From Deltaproteobacteria bacterium (GTDB lineage Bacteria > Myxococcota_A > UBA9160 > SMWR01), in NCBI GenBank assembly GCA_032128375.1, contig JAQBGU010000122.1:1-24337 (forward strand): a stretch of 24,337 nucleotides of DNA, in the 5' to 3' direction. A program made the position numbers and the translations under genes. The notes beneath the pieces were generated by a model. That model did not search any database. It was not told where the DNA came from and worked only from the letters and a program-made list of their open reading frames with translations. Of the stretch, positions 9,394 to 18,934 are shown in pieces. Within the stretch, counting starts at the first letter, position 1. Each line of letters opens with the position of its first letter.

Positions 9394-10743
9394 CTAGCTC
9401 GATTCGCTGCGCCGCAATTTGAAGCGTGCGGTCGTCAACGCCGCGTCGGTGATCTCGATTTTCGTCGGGACTTTGTGGCTGTCGAGCACTTGCCTGCAGG
9501 CTGCCCGGATGCGCCGGTTGAGCGTCCGCGAGTCCTCGTCTTGTGTCGTTCGAATCCGAGCGCACACGATCTGTCCCATCAGCGCGTTCGGTTCTCCGAA
9601 AACGACAACCTCTTCGACATTGTCGACGGCGCCGATGACGCTTTCGACTTCGGCGGGATGAACCTTGCGGCCGCCAACGTTGATGAGATCGGAACTGCGC
9701 CCTTGAAAGCGGATGTACTCGCCGTCCACATCCACGCAATCACCGGTCATGAACCAGCCGTCTTCCGTAAACGGGCTATCTGCGTTCAGATATCCGAGCA
9801 TCGTCGATTCCGCCTTGATCTCGAGCAACCCATCGACGACGCGCGTCTGGTAGCCCTCTCCGCCGAGCTTGACCCAAAGCGAATCGGAACTCTTCGACTT
9901 GGAGCGGAGCGTTCCCACCTCGGACGTCCCGAACTTCTGCATCAGCGTGGTGCCCGGAAACATCTCGGCACATTTCGCAAGCGTGCTATGCGGCATCATT
10001 TCTGCGCCGTACGTCACGATGGCGAGCGAAGACAGATCGTGGCGGCGATACGCGCCGCTGATCGCCAACAACTTCAGAAACGAAGGCGCCACCGGAAGCA
10101 CGCGCACCCGGTGTTTCTCTACGAGCCTGCACACGCCGACCGGAGACCGGTCCTCGCACAGCACCAGACAGCTGCCATTCGAAAGGCTGTAGAACAGCGT
10201 GTCCAGCCCGCCGATGTGGTCGAACAACAGGAATGCCAACGTTCGGTAGCAGTGGCGGCGCGTTCGATACTTCCTCAACAAGCGGGTGAGATCGTGAACA
10301 ACTCCCTTGGGTGTACCGGTCGACCCGGACGAAAACAGAACGAGACCCGGATGGCGTGCGTCCGCGAGTTGGCGATACAACGCGTGGTCGGCGCTCCTAC
10401 CGGTCCTGCTGATCGCGAGTTCACGCGCATCGTCGAACCGAATCTCGAACGCGGCGTTTGCAATGCGGATGAATTCGCCGCTCTGTTCTTCGGAACTCGG
10501 CGCAATCGGAATCACGACGGTTCCGCGTTCGATCAGGCACAGCAGCGCGGCAACCGAATGCGGCGAAAATTCACCGTGCAGCGCAACGACTGCTCCGGAG
10601 CCAATCGACGCCGATTCCAATTGCCCGTGGAAGGCTGAAATCTGCTCGCGCAGCCATCGGTAGGGATACCCGTCCCCCCGGAAGACAAAGGCCTCATCGT
10701 CGGCGTGCTCGGCGAAAATTTCCGTCAGAAAGTCGAGGTGCAT
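9394..10743 (-). CDS. AMP-dependent synthetase/ligase (ANL superfamily), probable acyl-carrier-protein ligase
   Basis: P-loop LFSSGSTGTPKGV, FDHIGG, KFGTSE, GWFMTGD, FQGRSSDLINVGGRKVHPAEVE and a C-terminal Lys (RFKL). Confidence 0.93.
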   Translation of the reverse strand: MHLDFLTEIFAEHADDEAFVFRGDGYPYRWLREQISAFHGQLESASIGSGAVVALHGEFSPHSVAALLCLIERGTVVIPIAPSSEEQSGEFIRIANAAFEIRFDDARELAISRTGRSADHALYRQLADARHPGLVLFSSGSTGTPKGVVHDLTRLLRKYRTRRHCYRTLAFLLFDHIGGLDTLFYSLSNGSCLVLCEDRSPVGVCRLVEKHRVRVLPVAPSFLKLLAISGAYRRHDLSSLAIVTYGAEMMPHSTLAKCAEMFPGTTLMQKFGTSEVGTLRSKSKSSDSLWVKLGGEGYQTRVVDGLLEIKAESTMLGYLNADSPFTEDGWFMTGDCVDVDGEYIRFQGRSSDLINVGGRKVHPAEVESVIGAVDNVEEVVVFGEPNALMGQIVCARIRTTQDEDSRTLNRRIRAACRQVLDSHKVPTKIEITDAALTTARFKLRRSESS

Positions 10744-10796
10744 TCAGCGGCCCGACCGCGACGAGGCGCTGCGTTCGTGCCACCCCGGTCGCACGG

Positions 10797-11501
10797 CTAG
10801 ACGCCACCGAGATAGATCACCTGCGAGGTGATGAAGTCGCTCTCGGGCTTGATGAAGAAATCGATCACATTCGAGACGTCTTCGAATGTACCGAGACGGC
10901 TGAGTGGGTAGCGGGCCAGCAACGCCTCCATCTTCTGCTTGGGTACCGATCGGATCAGATCGGTCTGGATCGGTGTGGGTCCGACTGCGTTGACCGTGAT
11001 GTTCAGATCGGCAACTTCGCGGGCCAGCACGCGGGTCAGGCTGACAACGGACGCCTTCGAAGCCGCGTACATCGCTTCGCCTTCGAGATCGAGCGGGGTG
11101 GCCACGCTTGCCATATTGACGATGCGCCCGTTGCGTTGTCCCATCATCAACTTGACCGCCTCGCGACAACAGGTGAACGTGCCAACGACGTTGGTTTCGA
11201 GGATGCGCCGCGCTGTCGCGGTCGGTGTCAATACGAAATGGTTCATCGACGCGATCCCAGCGTTGTTGACCAGAATGTCGAGTCCGCCGAATTCCTTGCG
11301 AATGCCGGAGAACATCCGCTTGACGGCTTTCTCGTCGCTCACGTCGGCTTCGAAGTGTCGATATCGGGGGTGCTCGAATTCCGAGGTCGAGCGACTGCAA
11401 CCGACGACTCGAAAATTCCGCTGCGCGTAGTACTCGACGAGGTAGCGACCGATGCCCTTGCGAGCACCCGTGATCAAGATCACGCGGGGGTCATCGGGCA
11501 T
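10797..11501 (-). CDS. Short-chain dehydrogenase/reductase, FabG-like (3-oxoacyl-ACP reductase-like)
   Basis: TGARKGIG, LVNNAG, catalytic YAASK and ITVNAVGP. The start overlaps the ACP gene end by 11 bp. Confidence 0.93.
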   Translation of the reverse strand: MPDDPRVILITGARKGIGRYLVEYYAQRNFRVVGCSRSTSEFEHPRYRHFEADVSDEKAVKRMFSGIRKEFGGLDILVNNAGIASMNHFVLTPTATARRILETNVVGTFTCCREAVKLMMGQRNGRIVNMASVATPLDLEGEAMYAASKASVVSLTRVLAREVADLNITVNAVGPTPIQTDLIRSVPKQKMEALLARYPLSRLGTFEDVSNVIDFFIKPESDFITSQVIYLGGV

Positions 11502-11814
11502 CTGCTTCTTCCTTCAACAGGCGCTCGGCGTAGTCGACGAGCGACGCGACGCTCTGAAACGGACTGTTCTGCTCGGACATCGCCCGGTCGTCTGTCAGAC
11601 TGAGTTCAGTGCCAACGACATCATTGATATTCTGCTCGAACAAGACCACCAACCGGACCAGGTCCATCGAGTCGAGCCCGGCGCCATCGCCGAACAGAAC
11701 CGTCGATGGATCACATGCCAACCGGTCTTCGTCGAGCCGCTCGAGATTCGCTTCGGCCAGGCATTCATACAGCAGCTCCAACAGCTGCTGCTTGCCAACC
11801 TGTGCGGTCGTCAT
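11491..11814 (-). CDS. Acyl carrier protein
   Basis: Small acidic protein with phosphopantetheine site GLDSMDLV and an extended DDRAMSEQNSPFQSVASLVDY segment. Confidence 0.9.
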   Translation of the reverse strand: MTTAQVGKQQLLELLYECLAEANLERLDEDRLACDPSTVLFGDGAGLDSMDLVRLVVLFEQNINDVVGTELSLTDDRAMSEQNSPFQSVASLVDYAERLLKEEADAR

Positions 11815-11867
11815 CTGTCATTGCTCCCGTTTTGTTTGCAGCGTCGAACGCCAAGAGCTGATGGCCT

Positions 11868-12707
11868 TCAAATCGGCTTCGCGGCTATCAGGATCCCATA
11901 ACCGAGGACCTTCTCCTCCCACATTCGCTCCAGTTCGTCACACGCCCGTGAGAAATCTGCCAGCGCTCGCTCTCCCATCAGCGCGATCACCTCGTCGCGG
12001 TAGCGCTGCGTGTTTTGCTTCCAATTGGCGAACGTTGGCGCGGTCTGATCACTGATATCGTCGCTGCGCAGCACTTCGAGACCCGCTCCCACGCACCAGC
12101 CCCGGTAGGCGCTCAAGGTGGCCATTTTCGCTCGACCGAACACGCTGCGCAGCAGGTCGAACGCCTTGGCGCGCATCATGACATCGGGCAGTGCAAGCTC
12201 GCGATGCATGATGATGTCGCAGAGCAGAATGCGTCCACCCGGCTGTAGTACACGCGCCGACTCCCGGATCATCGCGGCTTTGTCGGGCATCAGGTGTGAC
12301 GATTCCATCACCCAGACCCGATCGAACGATCGCTCTTCGAACTCGTTGGCCATCCCGTCACGCAGCTCGAACGAAGCCCGCTGCTCGAGCCCGCGTTCGG
12401 CGGCGCGCGCGCGCGCGGTTGCGACTCCGACCTCACTCGTCGATATGCCCGAGACGTGGCAACCGATGCGATCCACCAGGTACAGAGCCGGCCCGCCGAT
12501 ACCGCAGCCGACATCGAGTATCCGATGCTCGGCTTTCAAATCTCCGAGATCCGCCATGCGTTGGGTCAGTGCCCGGGTCGCTTCGTCCAACGTGGCGTCG
12601 AGTGGTTCGAAATACCCGTAGTGGAAGCTCTCTCCCATCAGATAGTGCCAGGCCTGCGTGATGCTGTCGTAGTGAATGTCGGGGCGGTCGGGCGAAACGC
12701 GAGACAT
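11868..12707 (-). CDS. Class I SAM-dependent methyltransferase (tocopherol/sterol/RebM-like group)
   Basis: ATG 12707 is preceded by GAGG. Motifs HYD...MGESFHYGYF, ILDVGCGIGGPA, FDRVWVMESSHLMPDK and RVLQPGG. Confidence 0.9.
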   Translation of the reverse strand: MSRVSPDRPDIHYDSITQAWHYLMGESFHYGYFEPLDATLDEATRALTQRMADLGDLKAEHRILDVGCGIGGPALYLVDRIGCHVSGISTSEVGVATARARAAERGLEQRASFELRDGMANEFEERSFDRVWVMESSHLMPDKAAMIRESARVLQPGGRILLCDIIMHRELALPDVMMRAKAFDLLRSVFGRAKMATLSAYRGWCVGAGLEVLRSDDISDQTAPTFANWKQNTQRYRDEVIALMGERALADFSRACDELERMWEEKVLGYGILIAAKPI

Positions 12708-12821
12708 GTCGGAACCTCGGGCTTCTAACCTAGCGCGGTTCTCCGCCCCGCATGAGGCACGCAAGACGTCGAGGCAGGGAGGATCAGGCGTCGCCGTCGA
12801 GCGCATCCGCAGAGTCGCCCG

Positions 12822-13376
12822 CTAGCGGGGTTCCGCTGCGAGTCTGCCCAGCGAACGGTTGATTTCCGCCGCCAACAGCTTGGACCCGCGTGAGTTGAGA
12901 TGATCAGAGTCCGTGAATAGCTCGATCCTGTTGCCGAGCATCGATCGAGCGTCGAGCAACGCCAACCCTGGCCGGTCGGCAACCAGTTCCGCAACCCTCC
13001 GGTCGTGTGCATCGATGTCGACGTACTTTGCCGCCTCGTCGAGATAGTCAGCCGTCAACGGAAACTTGACCAGCAACACACGGATCCCCCGTGTTCGACA
13101 CAGATCGAGCAACCGCAGGAAGTCGTCTACGCGCTGCGGATCGAACGCGTCGCGCTCACGCAAATGGATCGCTGCGGCCGACTGGGCGGCGCTCAGCCGC
13201 TTTTGCTTCGGGATCCCGCCGAGCCCGTTGGATCGGATCAACGAGCCCCGTTCGATCGGAATCGGGACGAGGTGCTCCGACTCGAGCGGACGGCCCGATT
13301 CGAGGTAGTGGACGATATTGGCGCGTGGAGCCACGTACGGTGCGAAGCGCCCTTGAAGCTGGCGCATGGCGAAATA
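12822..13376 (-). pseudogene. C-terminal half of an SGNH-like (DltD/AlgJ/PatB-type) protein, joined in frame to the MBOAT tail
   Basis: FLRLLDLCRTRGIRVLLVKFP and FTDSDHLNSRGS (DxxH block) are present. No N-terminal anchor or catalytic-Ser block is visible; the same frame upstream is MBOAT-type sequence. Confidence 0.7.
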
Positions 13377-14670
13377 GAGCGCGAGCTCGACCGCGGACAG
13401 TCCGGCAAGCAGCGCTTCGCTCGTGAACACGGTTTTTGTAGAGATCGAGGCAAGGATCCCGAGCGCATCGGCGACGGTCGCCGCCCGGAAGAACACCAGG
13501 CCCAGCACGAGCAGGTGGAATGTGAAGACGATCCAACCCGCGTCACCGATCCAGCTCGGCAGCGAAGCCGAGCCCAGCTCTCGCGCGCCGCGTCGCGCGA
13601 ACGACCCGTGGGCGAAGCGCGCGCGCCGCGATCAGCAGGACGGCCTGGTAGCTTCCCCAGATCAGGAAGTTCCACTTCGCGCCGTGCCACAGGCCGACCA
13701 GCGTCCAGGTGATGGCAAGGCTGATGGTGAGCACGACGTCGATCGACGCGCGCGAACGCAGCGGACGGCTCAACGACAGCGGCATGAAGACGTAATCGCG
13801 AAACCAAGTCGACAACGAAATGTGCCAGCGCTCCCAGAACTCGCCAATGCCCCTCGACAGCAGCGGCCTGTTGAAATTTTCCCTCAGGCGGAAACCCAGC
13901 AAGCGGCTCGATCCGATCGCGATGTCGCTGTACCCGGAGAAGTCGCAATAGATTTGGAACGCGAACAGGTACGAGCCGATCAGCAGCGACAGACCGCTGT
14001 GTTGCGCCGGATTGGCGTAGACCTCGTTGACGTAGATCGCGGCCTGGTCCGCGATCACCAGCTTCTTGAAAAATCCCCACAGCATCAACGTGAGGCCCTG
14101 CTTCGCGCGCTCCCACTCGAAGCGGTGAATTTCGCCGAATTGAGGGAGCAGCGATTTCGAACGCTCGATGGGGCCTGCGACCAGCTGCGGAAAGAACGCC
14201 ACGTAGACGGCGAACTTCCCCAGATGGCGTTCCGGCCTCCGCTGGCCGCGATAGACGTCGATCGAGTAGCTCAGGGTTTGGAACGTGTAGAACGAGATCC
14301 CGATGGGGAGCAGCACGTCGAGCATCGGGACGGCGACGGTCACGCCCGCGAATCCGATGATCTCGTGCAGCGTCTGGCTGGCGAAATTCGCGTACTTGAA
14401 CGCAAACAGCAGCCCGAGGTTGCCAAACAGGCTGAGCCACAAGTACTTGCGACGCGCCGGCTTCGTATCGCAAGCACCCATCTTCAACGCGGCGAAATAG
14501 TCGATCCCCGTGGAGACCATGATGAGCAGGACGTATTCCGGCCTCCAGCACATGTAGAAGTAGTAGCTGGCGGTCAGTAGCAGAACCCAGCGAAAGCGGC
14601 TGGGTGTAGCGAAGTAGAGCGCGGCGACAGTCGGGAAGAAGACCAGGAACTGGAGTGAATTGAAGAGCAC
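13377..14670 (-). pseudogene. MBOAT family O-acyltransferase (AlgI/PatA/DltB-like), frameshifted near 13555-13620 and lacking its normal C-terminus
   Basis: MLFNSLQF, LPIGISFYTFQ, FFPQLVAGPIER, QIYCDFSGYSDIAIG, FWERWHISLSTWFRDY and catalytic GLWHGA. The frame stops at 13543, but the expected continuation WIVFTFHLLVLGLVFFRA is in another frame. Confidence 0.9.
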
Positions 14671-14968
14671 GCTCTCAGTCCGACTGCCGACGCGGGTCGT
14701 TCACCATCGATTCTCTCATTCGAGCGGGTTGGCCCGTATTGCGCGACTCGTCGCCCAACGTATCGACCGAGCGGATGATCCTAGGCGACGAACTCCGCAG
14801 CCGCCTCTGACTCCGCACCGAAGTGTCCACCGCCGAACTCACCCGCCAGAATCGCAACAACGAGGCTCGAAACCAGCGGTCCGGAATCGACCGGAATTCT
14901 TCGGATGAGCACGAAACGCTGTTTCCCCGTCAAGGATCAAATGCCGATAGTGATTGCAAAGCCGCCCG

Positions 14969-17077
14969 CTATGGTTGCTTCGCAGCCAGGATCGGACTTC
15001 CCCACCAAGCGTGCGAGCCGGGCGGAATTTTCTTGCTGGCCACGGCTTGGAGCCGAAGCGTGATCGAGCGACCCGCGAAACCGGAGAGATCGACCTCGAT
15101 TGGACGCCAGGGGTTCGCGCGGCCGCTCCGAAACCCAATCGGTTCGCTGTACACCAGTTGGAATCGACCCGCGTTGTCACCCACCAGCGCTTCCAATCTG
15201 ACTCCGCGCGCGTGCTGGTACTGACGCTCCCCCTCGAGGGTCGGAATTCCCACGTCGGCTCGGAAAATCGCGTCGTCCGGAACTTCGATGGAGAAATCCA
15301 ATCCACCACCTCCGCTACCCAGCTCGAACGCGAGGGGGCGTCGGTTCTGGCGCGAAGCCAATTCCGGTGGCGCAGCGACGTTATCCCGTTCGACCCCGTC
15401 GACACCGCGCGTCCATGCGCGCGCTTGCGAACGCAGCTCGAACAGGTCGATCATGGCAGGACCGCGGTCCTCGCCCCGCTCGAGCACCAGAATCCAGCTG
15501 GGATGGGCCTGGTATTCGTTGGGAACCCGAAAGAACCGCTCGAGATAGGACGCAACGGCCGGGAGTTCGTCGCGGTAGTACAGGAACAGTGGCTGATCGA
15601 TCTCACTCATCACGACATAACGCACTTCAGCTAGCGCGTTGATGATGGTCTGCTGCTGAGGTTCGGGCATGCCCGGGAGCACGCCGCCGTAGGGTGTCGG
15701 ATTGCGGGTGTCGGTCGCGAAGTACAGCAGCGGTTCGGCTCGGGCTACGAAGATCGCCTCGCCCGGCTGCGTGCGCGCGCGCAGAAACGCGATTGCGCGC
15801 GACACGCCGGGATCCTGATAGGCGCGACTGACCGGGAGCTGTGGGACCCGTGGCCCCAGGCTCTGCGGACTGGCCATCTGGTGCAACTGGCCCGCCGCGA
15901 CACATCCCGCCGTCCCCAGGGCCGCGACACACGTCCAGCTCGCCCACGACGCGGCCTTTCGCAGCGCGGCCTCGCGTGCCGAACCGACCGTCATCCAGAT
16001 CTGCGCGGCCGCCGTCGGAAGCACGAACACCAGATGTCCCCAATCCGCGCGGGGAAAGAGATTGGCGATCATCGCGATGAGCAGCGCTTCACCAAACCAC
16101 AAGCTCGCGGGCAGTGGCCCGCCTATTGCGCGATGGACAGGCGGAAGCAGGACGGCGATGACCGGCAACGCAAACAGAAACTGTGTCAGTGCAACGATCG
16201 GTGCACCGAAACCCGGGTCCCGAAGCGTCGGCAGCTGGGAGAGAATGCTGTACAGGTGCGGAACATAGAACGCCTGGTTCTGGCGCGTTTGCGCATCGAA
16301 CTCACCGAGGGGCCACAGATTCACGTAACCCGACGCGAAGCTGTCACCGAGTTCGAATGGCATGACAACGATCGATTGAAAGAGTACGCCGAGATCACCG
16401 AGCCAGCCGAACCGGAGCCCTGTGACGATCGCCACCGATGCGCCGCCGGCGAGCATGTACAGCGTCTGCCGAACGCGCCGCTCTGCTGGCGCGTTCGCGA
16501 ACAATGCGCTGACGAGCCCGACCGCAAGCACCACACCGAGATTTTGTTTGGTCAATGCAACGCACGCCACTGCAACTCCAGCCGCAGCCGAAAAGCGCGC
16601 CGATTCCATCCCCCGCAGCGCCGCGTAGGCGGCGAGCACACCCAGATGCAATGACAACGTCGAGTAGAAATACGTGGAATACAGCGGAAACAGCAGCGCC
16701 GGTGCGCTCGCCATCCCGGCTGCGACCGCATGCGCCGCAGCGCCGGCTCCCGCGCGTCGCGCAATTGCGTGCGCGCAGCCGGTCGAGGCGCCGGCCAACA
16801 ACACCACGAGCGTTCGGCCCACGACCACTTCTTCTCCGAACACCCGAAACAGCATCGCGAGCAATTCGAACGGAAAGGGGCCCGAGAAGAACACCAGGTC
16901 CCGATACAGATGTTCGCCGTGCACCAGTCGCTGAGCGAAATGCACCAGCAGCCCTTCTTCGAGCAAGCTCGGCTCCAGCGGAATCATCGCCGCACAGGCG
17001 GCACTGCCGATCGCGGCCCACAGCCCGCTCGCCACGGGCGGTCGGCTCTGCAACCGCAGCCCGCCGCTATCGCCCAT
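14969..17077 (-). CDS. GT-C-like (ArnT/PMT-related) polytopic membrane protein with extra C-terminal beta-rich domain
   Basis: ATG 17077 (the 905-aa ORF extension is antisense to the next gene). Acidic loop LLEEG...GEHLYRDL...SGP, many TM helices, LTKQNLG, PRADWGH, PGEAIFV...PLLYFATDTRNPTPY, and a tail with WRPIEVDLSGFAGRSITLRL...WWGSP. Confidence 0.72.
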   Translation of the reverse strand: MGDSGGLRLQSRPPVASGLWAAIGSAACAAMIPLEPSLLEEGLLVHFAQRLVHGEHLYRDLVFFSGPFPFELLAMLFRVFGEEVVVGRTLVVLLAGASTGCAHAIARRAGAGAAAHAVAAGMASAPALLFPLYSTYFYSTLSLHLGVLAAYAALRGMESARFSAAAGVAVACVALTKQNLGVVLAVGLVSALFANAPAERRVRQTLYMLAGGASVAIVTGLRFGWLGDLGVLFQSIVVMPFELGDSFASGYVNLWPLGEFDAQTRQNQAFYVPHLYSILSQLPTLRDPGFGAPIVALTQFLFALPVIAVLLPPVHRAIGGPLPASLWFGEALLIAMIANLFPRADWGHLVFVLPTAAAQIWMTVGSAREAALRKAASWASWTCVAALGTAGCVAAGQLHQMASPQSLGPRVPQLPVSRAYQDPGVSRAIAFLRARTQPGEAIFVARAEPLLYFATDTRNPTPYGGVLPGMPEPQQQTIINALAEVRYVVMSEIDQPLFLYYRDELPAVASYLERFFRVPNEYQAHPSWILVLERGEDRGPAMIDLFELRSQARAWTRGVDGVERDNVAAPPELASRQNRRPLAFELGSGGGGLDFSIEVPDDAIFRADVGIPTLEGERQYQHARGVRLEALVGDNAGRFQLVYSEPIGFRSGRANPWRPIEVDLSGFAGRSITLRLQAVASKKIPPGSHAWWGSPILAAKQP

Positions 17078-17272
17078 CTGATCACCCCGACCCGCAATGT
17101 CTTTCGAGGGCCCTCTGAGGCTCTCCGTTGCTGTACGTTTCAACACGTTGCAGCACCGAGCCGGCGCTGACATCTTCCGCTTGGCAGGCTGCGGAACAAA
17201 GGGTCCCGTCGCCACGAAAAAAGTCCGCCCATACGTCGGTCCAGGTCCATCAGAGAAACGGAGTTTCGCTCG

Positions 17273-18898
17273 TTGGGAGCTGTGGGCGCCACCAGACTCG
17301 CGCGCGGCAGCCGGCAGGAGCGGCTCGGGCACCTCGGTTTGATCATCGGCGTGAGTTGCGCGTTCGAATCGCTGTTCATCCACCACGGCATTGGCTGGCT
17401 GTTCGACGAAGGTTGGCCGCTGTACGCGGCGATGCAACTCCATCGCGGTGGCACGCTCTACGGCGACATCTTCTTCCTGTTTCCACCCGGGCACGTGCTG
17501 CCGGCCTGGGTCGCGTACGCGCTCGACCCCCCAGGCGTCGTGCTCGCTCGGATCTTCTATGCGGGTTTCAACGTGGCGTTGTGTGTCTCGATTTACTTGC
17601 TCAGCCGCAACCTGATGAAGCCGCTCTTCGCGCTGCTGGCGGCGCTCCTGCTGGCGGTGGCCGCTCCGCGCTCCCACCTGGTACACGTGTTGTTCGGCTA
17701 CCGCTACCTGGTATTCAGCGTGCTGTCATTGATGGCTTTCTCACGGCGACTGCGGACGGGAGACCAGCGCTGGATGGGCGTCGCCGGGCTCTGCACCGGC
17801 GTGGCGTTGTACTTCCGACTGACTCCTGCGTTCGCGGTGAGCTGTGGCATCGCGGTCGCGGTCCTGTGCGCGGGCAGAGACTGGCGCGATTGGCTACGCG
17901 ACTACTCGTTGTATGCCGGCGGAATCCTGCTCATCGCGCTGCCGGTGCTCGTCTTTTTTGCGAGTGGAGTCGGCCTCGATGCCCTGTTTAGCCAGGCGGT
18001 TTGGAGAATCCTGCCGCTGCAGGCGGCGCAGAGCATGCCCGTGCCGGAAATCATCTTTCCTACCAGCTGGAATCGCGAGCGCATCTTCGAGTGGTTCGTG
18101 GCGTTCCAATACTGGTTGTATCCGACCCTGTATGCGGGTTACATCGTCGTGCTGACGGGACAGTGGTACCGCTCGGTTCGACACGGGCGTGCGTTCGATC
18201 ACGCACTGCTCGTCGCGATCGTCATCTGGGGAGCCGTCTATTTGCTTCGCGCACTCGGCAGATCGGATGAGCACCACCTGACGACCGCACTCCCGCCCGC
18301 ATGCATTGTGCTCGCGCACCTGTCGGCCACCAGTGTCGGGTGGCTGCACGGCCGTGCAGCCACTGTGCCACGCGGATCGATCGGTCGTACCCTCGCGGGT
18401 GGTTTCGCGTGCGCAGCAGCGCTCGCCTTGTGGATCTGGCTGCAGGGCAGCGACCGGTATTTCGCCCGCGAGGACCGGGGCCTGCACCCGATCCATTCGC
18501 TCGGACAGCGCGTCGGTGTCTTGCGCGCCATGGACGCGCGGCAACTCGACCGCAGCGTCGTTCGGATTCAACAGCTGACCGAGCCGGATGATCGCGTACT
18601 CGACCTCACGCATTCACCGTTGATCTACGTGCTCGCGAATCGTCGCGGCCCGGGTTACGGCGACGTCGTCACGCCGGGCGTGTTCGACGATCCCGAGGAT
18701 TTACGCGATTTCGTTCGACGCCTGCAACAGTCACCGCCGGCACTGGTGCTGTGGCCCAAGCAACCCTTCGATGAGTTGCGCTCGCGTTCGCTCGAGGTAC
18801 AGGCGCCGTTACTCGCGAATTGGGTCTCCACCCACTACGAACGGGTGGGAGGCGACCAGACCCGTGAGATCCTGTTGAAGCCACGCACGCTACCGTGA
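17273..18898 (+). CDS. GT-C-like (ArnT/PMT-related) polytopic membrane protein
   Basis: LFDEG...GGTLYGDI...PPG first loop, multiple TM helices, GRSDEHH and EPDDRVL...PLIYVLANRRGPGY. The start is TTG 17273 or GTG 17282. Confidence 0.72.
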   Translation: MGAVGATRLARGSRQERLGHLGLIIGVSCAFESLFIHHGIGWLFDEGWPLYAAMQLHRGGTLYGDIFFLFPPGHVLPAWVAYALDPPGVVLARIFYAGFNVALCVSIYLLSRNLMKPLFALLAALLLAVAAPRSHLVHVLFGYRYLVFSVLSLMAFSRRLRTGDQRWMGVAGLCTGVALYFRLTPAFAVSCGIAVAVLCAGRDWRDWLRDYSLYAGGILLIALPVLVFFASGVGLDALFSQAVWRILPLQAAQSMPVPEIIFPTSWNRERIFEWFVAFQYWLYPTLYAGYIVVLTGQWYRSVRHGRAFDHALLVAIVIWGAVYLLRALGRSDEHHLTTALPPACIVLAHLSATSVGWLHGRAATVPRGSIGRTLAGGFACAAALALWIWLQGSDRYFAREDRGLHPIHSLGQRVGVLRAMDARQLDRSVVRIQQLTEPDDRVLDLTHSPLIYVLANRRGPGYGDVVTPGVFDDPEDLRDFVRRLQQSPPALVLWPKQPFDELRSRSLEVQAPLLANWVSTHYERVGGDQTREILLKPRTLP

Positions 18899-18934
18899 CC
18901 GATTCCGAATCGCGGCCAGCCGAAAACCCGAAAC

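Noticed and set aside
9320..9739. N-terminal extension of the 598-aa AlkP ORF
   Set aside because: Overlaps the ligase 3' end and is low-complexity Arg-rich; ATG 9319 has a good RBS and precedes the signal region.
9151..10638. 495-aa + strand ORF
   Set aside because: Antisense to the well-supported AMP ligase; no recognisable motifs.
13238..14580. Long ORFs 13238-14551 (-) and 13423-14580 (+)
   Set aside because: Shadow frames of the MBOAT gene. Only a short stretch (RDAARESWARLR) may be real if there are two frameshifts.
9394..14670. Assigning gene symbols dltA/B/C/D, algI or fabG
   Set aside because: The architecture is analogous, but orthology cannot be shown from motifs alone.
14671..14968. 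300-bp gap upstream of the MBOAT gene considered as a small DltX-like ORF, ncRNA or riboswitch
   Set aside because: No hydrophobic small ORF with an FIY-type motif and no convincing structure was found by eye; an Infernal/Rfam scan would be needed.
17078..17686. N-terminal 203 aa of the 905-aa ORF
   Set aside because: Antisense to the 17273-18898 gene; family-like sequence begins only after ATG 17077.
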